Source: Alphaproteobacteria bacterium (GTDB taxonomy: Bacteria; Pseudomonadota; Alphaproteobacteria; G965222575). From it: DNA of 64,000 nt. Each line of letters starts with the position of its first letter. Position 1 is the stretch's first letter. Made by a program: the position numbers and the translations under genes. This document shows, one piece after another, positions 57,800 through 64,000 of the stretch. The notes beneath the pieces are model-generated. The model was not told where the DNA came from. It did not search any database and worked only from the letters and a program-made list of their open reading frames with translations. Where the stretch lies: positions 192,001 to 256,000 of the forward strand of contig OZ244958.1 in the NCBI GenBank assembly GCA_965222575.1, read 5' to 3'.

Positions 57800-59365
57800 T
57801 TATTCCCACTCAATTGTGCCGGGGGGTTTTGAGGTGATATCGTAGACGATTCTATTAATGCCGTCTACCTCGTTGACAATGCGTGTTGAGATACGATTGA
57901 GCAGGGGGAAGTCTAGGGGATAAGCTTTAGCGGTCATACCGTCTAGGGTGGAAACTGCACGCAGTGCGCAAGTTTGCTCATAGGTTCGTCTATCTCCCAT
58001 GACGCCGACGGTTTTGACGGGCAGGAGAATAGCGAAGGCTTGCCAGATTTTGTCATAGAGTCCTGCTGTGCGGATTTCCTCTAGGAAGATGCGGTCAGCT
58101 TTTCGTAGGATATTGAGGCGTTTTTTTGTTACTGGGGCACAGATGCGCACAGCGAGTCCTGTTCCGGGGAAGGGGTGTCTGAAGCAAAATTCTTTAGGTA
58201 ATCCGAGGGTTTGCCCTATTTGGCGGACTTCGTCTTTGAATAAGGAGCGTAAGGGTTCCACGACGCCCATGTTCATTTTTTTAGGCAATCCGCCTACATT
58301 GTGGTGAGATTTGATAAGGTGAGCATGTTTTGCGCCTGCGGATTCAATGACATCGGGATAGATAGTCCCTTGTGCTAGGAGTTCAATATTGCGTCCAATG
58401 GTTTGGCATATTTTTTTGGCTTCTTTTTGGAAGACATGAATAAAGGTTTTGCCGATAATTTTGCGTTTTGCTTCTGGGTTTTTCACATTTTTGAGTTTGT
58501 TCAAGAAGAGGGATTGGGCGTTAACGGAGCGGAGGGGTACGTGAAAGGTTTTGCGAAAGAGGGTTTGGATTTGTTGTGTTTCATTTGTACGCATGAGTCC
58601 TGTATTGACGAGGAGGCAGTGGACTTGAGGGGTACCGAGGGCTTTAGTGAGGAGGCAAGCGGTGACAGCGGAGTCGACGCCTCCTGAGAGGCCGCAGAGA
58701 ATATGTTGATTGCCAACTTTTTCGCGTAGTTGTGTACAGGTGTGTTCGATGAAGGCATTGGGTTTCCATTTTTTGGAGGGGTTGACAATTTTTTGGACGA
58801 AGGTTTTCAGCAAGGCATCCCCGTGTTGTGTGTGCATGGCTTCTGGATGGAATTGGACGCCGTAGAGGCGTCGTTTTTCATTAGCGATGAAGGCACAAGG
58901 GGCGTGTTGATTTTTCGCAATGACCTCGAAGCCTTCTGGCAAGGCTGTGACATGGTCACCATGAGACATCCAAACTTCAAGTGTTGTTCCAACTGTTAGG
59001 TTAGGAGGGAGGAGGGAGGAGTGTTTGACAATACTGATAAGAGCAGAGCCATATTCTCCTTTTTCTGCAGTTGTGACTTTTCCGCCTAGGTTGTGGACCA
59101 TGAGCTGTTGTCCATAGCAAATGCCTAAGATAGGGATATGCGCTGTCCAAAGGGTATCAGGGACAGTTAAAATTTCTTTTGCGTGAACGGATTGTGGGCT
59201 TCCGGACAGAATCACTCCGCAGGGGCGGACTGTTTGTAGGGTTTTCTCTAGATTTTCCGGCAGCACAGACTCTGTATAGACGCCAAATTCCCGCAGTTTT
59301 CTTGTAATCAAATGGGTCAATTGTCCCCCGAAATCCACAATGAGAATGGTGGAAAAATTGTTCAT
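57800..59365 (-). CDS. guaA: GMP synthase (glutamine-hydrolysing)
   Basis: GICYGQQ, QFHPE, SGGVDS, IKSHHNVGGLP and KPPGTIEWE. Confidence 0.99.
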   Translation of the reverse strand: MNNFSTILIVDFGGQLTHLITRKLREFGVYTESVLPENLEKTLQTVRPCGVILSGSPQSVHAKEILTVPDTLWTAHIPILGICYGQQLMVHNLGGKVTTAEKGEYGSALISIVKHSSLLPPNLTVGTTLEVWMSHGDHVTALPEGFEVIAKNQHAPCAFIANEKRRLYGVQFHPEAMHTQHGDALLKTFVQKIVNPSKKWKPNAFIEHTCTQLREKVGNQHILCGLSGGVDSAVTACLLTKALGTPQVHCLLVNTGLMRTNETQQIQTLFRKTFHVPLRSVNAQSLFLNKLKNVKNPEAKRKIIGKTFIHVFQKEAKKICQTIGRNIELLAQGTIYPDVIESAGAKHAHLIKSHHNVGGLPKKMNMGVVEPLRSLFKDEVRQIGQTLGLPKEFCFRHPFPGTGLAVRICAPVTKKRLNILRKADRIFLEEIRTAGLYDKIWQAFAILLPVKTVGVMGDRRTYEQTCALRAVSTLDGMTAKAYPLDFPLLNRISTRIVNEVDGINRIVYDITSKPPGTIEWE

Positions 59366-60276
59366 GTTCTTTCTTTTTCTAGGATTTTCAACACCATAGT
59401 GGCAACGCTTTTGTTTGTAAATCTCTCTAGGAAATGAAATCCCGCTTGACAGGTCACATTGAGTTCAGTGAGTTTGTCATGGATACAGTCCATACCGGCG
59501 ATAAGAACATTGTGTTTTTTCAGGAGAGTCGCAACAACTTTAGCAATCTGTTGTTCTTTTTTTGAAAGAGAGGTTTTGAGGATTTTAGCACCTTTGAAAA
59601 CGGAAGACTGAATACCTCTAGTAGGGATACGGAGGAAAGCCCCTATAGGATTGCCTTGAATGAAAATGATTTTTTTATCCCCCGTTGTTTTGACTTGTGG
59701 TAGGAACTGCTGACAAACCACAGGAGACTGCGGGGGGATGGTAATGGTATGAAGGGTTTCTTCTGTGATGAGGTGAACACCGCGGCCTTGGAAATCGTAC
59801 AAAGGCTTGATGACAGCGGTTTTGTGTTTTTTCAAGAAGCTTTTGATAGCCTCTGGATAAGAAGTGATGATATGTTCTGGCGTGAAAGCGGCAAGGGGCG
59901 GGGCGAGCAATTTTTCCGGTAAGTCGCGAATAGCCTTTGGGGGATTGGTCACTAGGGGATGCTTTAGGGACTCTAGCATATAGAGCCATGTTATATACTG
60001 CATGGTGACAGGGGGCTCATGGCGCGCAAAGATAACATCCATTGCCTCAAGGTCTTGAAGACGGGGATTCTTCAGGCGAAAGCCCTTTTGATACGGAATG
60101 AGGTCAGAGAGTAACGCCGTAAGAGTTGCATCTTGATGGCGACAGAAAGAGTTGGGGTGAAGGTAAAAGAGACGATGTCCCCTCTTTTGCGCAACATTAG
60201 CAAGGCTCCAATTAGAATTACAGGGGATATCTGAGGTATTTTTATCGTTATCGGAAATAAGAAAAGCGATTTTCAC
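59362..60276 (-). CDS. gshB: Glutathione synthetase-like ATP-grasp protein (divergent)
   Basis: AQKRGH, R.EPPV..Y, NPP.AIRD.PEKL, VIKPL...G.GV, GDK and LTELNVT. Confidence 0.82.
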   Translation of the reverse strand: MKIAFLISDNDKNTSDIPCNSNWSLANVAQKRGHRLFYLHPNSFCRHQDATLTALLSDLIPYQKGFRLKNPRLQDLEAMDVIFARHEPPVTMQYITWLYMLESLKHPLVTNPPKAIRDLPEKLLAPPLAAFTPEHIITSYPEAIKSFLKKHKTAVIKPLYDFQGRGVHLITEETLHTITIPPQSPVVCQQFLPQVKTTGDKKIIFIQGNPIGAFLRIPTRGIQSSVFKGAKILKTSLSKKEQQIAKVVATLLKKHNVLIAGMDCIHDKLTELNVTCQAGFHFLERFTNKSVATMVLKILEKERT

Positions 60277-60444
60277 TTACTTCAGTTTTGCCTCCTTGAA
60301 AAGAACATGCTTCTGAGCAATGGGGTCATATTTTCGAAGGACTATTTTCTCCGCTTGCTTCTTGGGATTTTTTTTCGTGACATAAAAATATCCCGTATCA
60401 GCAGAACTATTGAGTCGAATCTTAACGACACTCTTTTTCGCCAT
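60277..60444 (-). CDS. rpmG: 50S ribosomal protein L33 (zinc-free type)
   Basis: Below the ORF-track cutoff; hand translation [55 protein letters not shown], with GGAG RBS. Confidence 0.96.
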   Translation of the reverse strand: MAKKSVVKIRLNSSADTGYFYVTKKNPKKQAEKIVLRKYDPIAQKHVLFKEAKLK

Positions 60445-60507
60445 CACTCCCCTTTATTCATTGTTTCGTTCAGTATAAAACACACACACCCTTTGTCAAG
60501 CTCTACA

Positions 60508-61240
60508 ACCCCCCTCCCTTCTTTTTTCCCATGCCGCAACCTCCTTGCCTTTAGGAGTAAGCCCCCCTTCTTTTTTTCTCATGCCGCAACCTCCTTGCCT
60601 TTAGGAGTAAGCCCCCCCTTCTTTTTTTCTCATGCCGCAACCTCCTTGCCTTTAGGAGTAAGCCCCCCCCTTCTTTTTTCCCATGCCGCAACCTCCTGCC
60701 TTTAGGAGTAAGCCCCCCCCTTCTTTTTTCTCATGCCGCAACCTCCTTGCCTTTAGGAGTAAGCCCCCCCTTCTTTTTTTCTCATGCCGCAACCTCCTTG
60801 CCTTTAGGAGTAAGCCCCCCCTTCTTTTTTTCTCATGCCGCAACCTCCTTGCCTTTAGGAGTAAGCCCCCCCTTCTTTTTTTCTCATGCCGCAACCTCCT
60901 TGCCTTTAGGAGTAAGCCCCCCCCTTCTTTTTTTCTCATGCCGCAACCTCCTTGCCTTTAGGAGTAAGCCCCCCCCTTCTTTTTTTCTCATGCCCCAACC
61001 TCCTCCCCTTTAGGAGTAATGCCCCCTCCCCTTCTGCCGCAACCTCCTTTTTCCCATGCCGCAACCTCCTCACCTTTAGGAGCAAACCCCTCCCTTCTTT
61101 TTTCCCATGCCGCAACCTCCTCGCCTTTAGGAGTAAGCCCCCTCCCCTTCTTTTTTCCCATGCCGCAACCTCCTTGCCTTTAGGAGTAAGCCCCCTCCCC
61201 CTTTTTTCTCATGCCCCAACCTCTATGTCTTTAGGAGTAA
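60508..61240. repeat. Tandem repeat, 14 copies of a ~50-52 bp unit, overlapping the ubiA 3' end
   Basis: TTAGGAG core at 60551, 60601, 60652, 60702, 60753, 60804, 60855, 60906, 60958, 61010, 61076, 61127, 61180 and 61231; units differ mainly in C and T homopolymer lengths. Confidence 0.97.
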
Positions 61241-62080
61241 AAAGACAAGAGCAGGGTATGCAGTGAGGAGTGCGTGGCATTGGAAGAGTCTCCAACAGGA
61301 CTGAGGGGTGAGAGTTGGTAAAAGGGAGGCTATAAAAAAGAGAGCGAGTGGAGAAAAAAGCAGTGCTGTCATAAGGGGGTTATGTCCTTGTGTGAGGGCA
61401 GCGGCGAGGAGTGCGAGGAGGGTGAGGAGATAAAAGAGAGCTAAGGCGGGTTTCAGGCAGTGTTGGAAGAGGAGTGCGGTAGATTTCAGTCCTATTTTCT
61501 GGTCTGCCTTACTATCCATGTGTGCATAAAGGGTATCATAGGCCATAGTCCAGAAAAAGCCGGCGATAAAGAGGAGAAAAGCGGACAAGTCAAGTGATTT
61601 TGTAGCGGCAACGTATCCGATGAGGGCGCCCCAATTGAAGACAATGCCTAGACCGGCTTGTGCCCAAGAGACAAAGCGTTTCAGAAAAGGATATAGGATG
61701 ACAAGGGGGACAACGAGGAGTGTGAGAAGCCAAACCTGTGCGGGTAAGGCGGTAAACAACAAAGCAAGACAGAGAGTAAAAAAGAAGAAGGAGAGTGCTA
61801 GGGCTTCTAGGGGGCTGAGGGTTTTTTGAGCAAGGGGTCTTTGAGCGGTACGAGGAATGTGTTCATCGTAGTTTCTATCGATAAAGTCGTTTAAGCAACA
61901 CCCTGCGCTTCTAGCAAGGAGTGCCCCGAGAGCTAAGAAACCATACAAGGACACTGTTTCCGCGAAGGGCAAGTGTGTCTGTAGACTCAATCCCCAAGCA
62001 CAGGGCCAGTATAGAAGAAGAAATCCCCACGGGCTGTGAAGGCGAGCAATTGTACTCCAAAGGAGGAGTTTGCGTCTCAC
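61223..62080 (-). CDS. ubiA: 4-hydroxybenzoate polyprenyltransferase
   Basis: RSAGCCLNDFIDR..D..I.RT..RPL, YPFLKR and YDTLYAHMD...D..IGLKSTA. Confidence 0.96.
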   Translation of the reverse strand: MRRKLLLWSTIARLHSPWGFLLLYWPCAWGLSLQTHLPFAETVSLYGFLALGALLARSAGCCLNDFIDRNYDEHIPRTAQRPLAQKTLSPLEALALSFFFFTLCLALLFTALPAQVWLLTLLVVPLVILYPFLKRFVSWAQAGLGIVFNWGALIGYVAATKSLDLSAFLLFIAGFFWTMAYDTLYAHMDSKADQKIGLKSTALLFQHCLKPALALFYLLTLLALLAAALTQGHNPLMTALLFSPLALFFIASLLPTLTPQSCWRLFQCHALLTAYPALVFLLLKT

Positions 62081-63033
62081 AGCCTAATGACAGCAGCACC
62101 CCAAACCAATCCGCCACCAATGGAACTCAACAAAATGGTATCGCCCTCTTTCAGAACGCCTTCCTCCATCTTCACAGACAAAGCAAGAGGAATAGAAGCG
62201 GCAGAGGTATTGCCATGTTGTTCTACGGTGCAAATGACTTTTTCCTGAGGAAACTTCATTCTATCAGACAAAGCCATTAGAATACGTTTATTAGCTTGAT
62301 GAGGAATCATCCAATCTATGTCTTCAAGAGACAAAGAGCTTTTTTGCAGTACTTCTTCCATACAAGAGGAGAGTTTTGAAACAGCATGTCTGAAGACCTC
62401 TTGTCCTTTCATGACAATCGTCCCCACCTTACCGGTGAGTCCTATGCCATCTGTGGTACATAAGATATCTGCGTACTGGCTATCGGCTTTCAAGCAGGTT
62501 GCGAGAATGCCACGATGGTTTTGTTCTTGAGGTTCTAAGAGCACAGCCCCTGCTGCGTCTCCGAAGAGGATGCAAGTGGAGCGGTCTTGCCAGTTTAGGA
62601 GTCTGGAAATGACATCGGCGCCGATGACGAGGATTTTCTGGAATTTTTTGCTTAGGATGAAAGCGTCTGCGATATCTAAGGCATAGAGAAACCCGCTACA
62701 GACGGCTTGGATATCGAAAGCGGGAGAAGTGGTGTGTCCTAAGGCTTCATTGAGGGTTTTCTGCACGAAGACAGCAGTAGAAGGGAAGGTTTTATCGGCA
62801 GTAGTTGTAGCAACGAGTATGAGGTCTGGAGAGCGTTGCCCCACGGCGTTAAGGGCAGCTTGAGAGGCAAGGAGTGATGTGGTTTCCTCTTTGTTTGCTA
62901 GATGTCGTGTTCGTATACCCGTACGGGTTGTAATCCATTCATCGGAGGTCTCTACCCGGAGTGAAAGCTCTTCATTGGAGAGTATCTTAGCCGGCAAGAC
63001 ATGCCCTACTCCTGTGATGACAGAGCGCATCAT
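62077..63033 (-). CDS. fabH: Beta-ketoacyl-ACP synthase III
   Basis: WITTRTGI, AVCSGF, FGD, PHQAN and GNTSAASIP. Confidence 0.98.
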   Translation of the reverse strand: MMRSVITGVGHVLPAKILSNEELSLRVETSDEWITTRTGIRTRHLANKEETTSLLASQAALNAVGQRSPDLILVATTTADKTFPSTAVFVQKTLNEALGHTTSPAFDIQAVCSGFLYALDIADAFILSKKFQKILVIGADVISRLLNWQDRSTCILFGDAAGAVLLEPQEQNHRGILATCLKADSQYADILCTTDGIGLTGKVGTIVMKGQEVFRHAVSKLSSCMEEVLQKSSLSLEDIDWMIPHQANKRILMALSDRMKFPQEKVICTVEQHGNTSAASIPLALSVKMEEGVLKEGDTILLSSIGGGLVWGAAVIRL

Positions 63034-64000
63034 GAGGGAGTACTGGTGGTGGTATCGTCTACTTCTAGCAGGGTAAGGTTTTCTCTTAATTTTCCCAGTA
63101 TATTAAAAGAAACGAGGCGTAGAACAACTTCTAACGCGCTCTTAATTCCCTCTTCAGAGCTACCGCCATGGCTTTTAACGGAAATACCGTTCAGTCCAAT
63201 GAGCATACCGCCATTATATTGGCTTGGCGTGCAAATCTTTTGGAAGGATTGAAGATAAGGCAAGGCACAACGGCCAACAATCTTCCCAACAAGAGAAGAA
63301 GAAAAGACCTCTTTTAAGGCAGTAGCCACGAAGTGTCCTGTTCCTTCAACAAGTTTCAGTCCAATGTTGCCCGTGAATCCGTCGGTAACAAAGACATCAG
63401 CAGCCCCCGCTAGCACTTCATTTCCCTCAGCAAATCCGTTGTATCGGAAAGGAAGAGAGAGTTTTTTTTTCTCTAAGATGTTGTGTGCTTCTCTCACGGA
63501 ATCAATGCCTTTTCCGGTTTCTTCCCCTACATTGAGCAGGCTAACAGTTGGCATTTTTTTCCCCGTGACCACACGAAAGAATAAAGCCCCCATGATAGCG
63601 AATTGTAAAAGATTTTGACTATCACACTGGACATTAGCCCCTAAGTCAATGACGGAAGAAAAGCCCTTTTCATTAGGGAGAAACCCAATAATAGCAGGAC
63701 GGTGGACGCCCGGTAGCGTGCCAAGAAGAATTTTGCTCATGGCCACAAGAGCCCCTGTGTTGCCACTGGACAGAATAGCATTGCTCCGCCCTTTTTTGAC
63801 ATCTAAAATGGCAGCATACATGCTGGATTTTTTCCCCTGCCGTAAGGCAACAGAGGGCTTATCATAATCAGAGATAACATCTTGAACATCAATGATGGTG
63901 ATATACTCTCTTTTCTGGGGCAGCAAGGGTAAGAGCTGCTCTTGTTTGCCAAAGAGGCGAAAAACCACATGAGGCCAATCTTGATGCGTTTTCAACACAG
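63030..64000 (-). CDS. plsX: Phosphate acyltransferase PlsX, 5' end outside window
   Basis: SSGNTGAL, RPAI, DLGAN, LLNVGEE..KG, DGFTGNI.LK and KSHG. Confidence 0.96.
   Translation of the reverse strand, partial: VLKTHQDWPHVVFRLFGKQEQLLPLLPQKREYITIIDVQDVISDYDKPSVALRQGKKSSMYAAILDVKKGRSNAILSSGNTGALVAMSKILLGTLPGVHRPAIIGFLPNEKGFSSVIDLGANVQCDSQNLLQFAIMGALFFRVVTGKKMPTVSLLNVGEETGKGIDSVREAHNILEKKKLSLPFRYNGFAEGNEVLAGAADVFVTDGFTGNIGLKLVEGTGHFVATALKEVFSSSLVGKIVGRCALPYLQSFQKICTPSQYNGGMLIGLNGISVKSHGGSSEEGIKSALEVVLRLVSFNILGKLRENLTLLEVDDTTTSTPS

Noticed and set aside
60508-61240. CRISPR array
   Set aside because: The sequence between the conserved cores is the same C/T homopolymer block each time. There are no unique spacers and no cas genes in the window.
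60307-61266. ORF-track proteins over the repeat (60307-60705, 60683-60961, 60747-61013, 60952-61266, 60652-60939)
   Set aside because: These frames are open only because of the stop-poor repeat unit, and one is antisense to rpmG.
1024-63867. Numerous 60-180 aa ORFs overlapping or antisense to the housekeeping genes
   Set aside because: They are shadow frames favoured by the skewed composition, have no recognisable motifs and overlap confident genes.

Overview
A gene-dense chromosomal segment of an alphaproteobacterium. This is inferred from gene order: pdhABC-lpd-lipA-ratA, lptFGD-surA-pdxA-rsmA, rpsB-tsf-pyrH-frr-uppS-cdsA-dxr-rseP-bamA, petABC, sdhCDAB and lgt-midA. Divergent proteins and collapsed operons suggest a reduced, host-associated genome. 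Three things stand out among the housekeeping genes. (1) A partial non-flagellar, Ysc-like type III secretion locus (sctW-sycN-sctX-sctY-sctV-sctD-sctF, 48830-54725) lies directly upstream of sdhC, with no mobility genes nearby. (2) Four tandem, disordered, Pro/Tyr-rich ORFs (39612-44047) are built from repeated eukaryotic-type short linear motifs (YxN, YxxP, YxxM, PxxPxR, PPxY, LPPPP and WH2/C-like segments). They are strong candidates for undescribed injected effectors that mimic animal phosphotyrosine and actin signalling. (3) There are repeated tandem duplications at gene boundaries, including a 14-copy ~51-bp array whose units carry a Shine-Dalgarno and ATG, with an in-frame stop in six consecutive copies. 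G/C skew flips in kb-scale patches, even inside sdhA. All calls come from reading the sequence and recognising motifs; no database searches were run.
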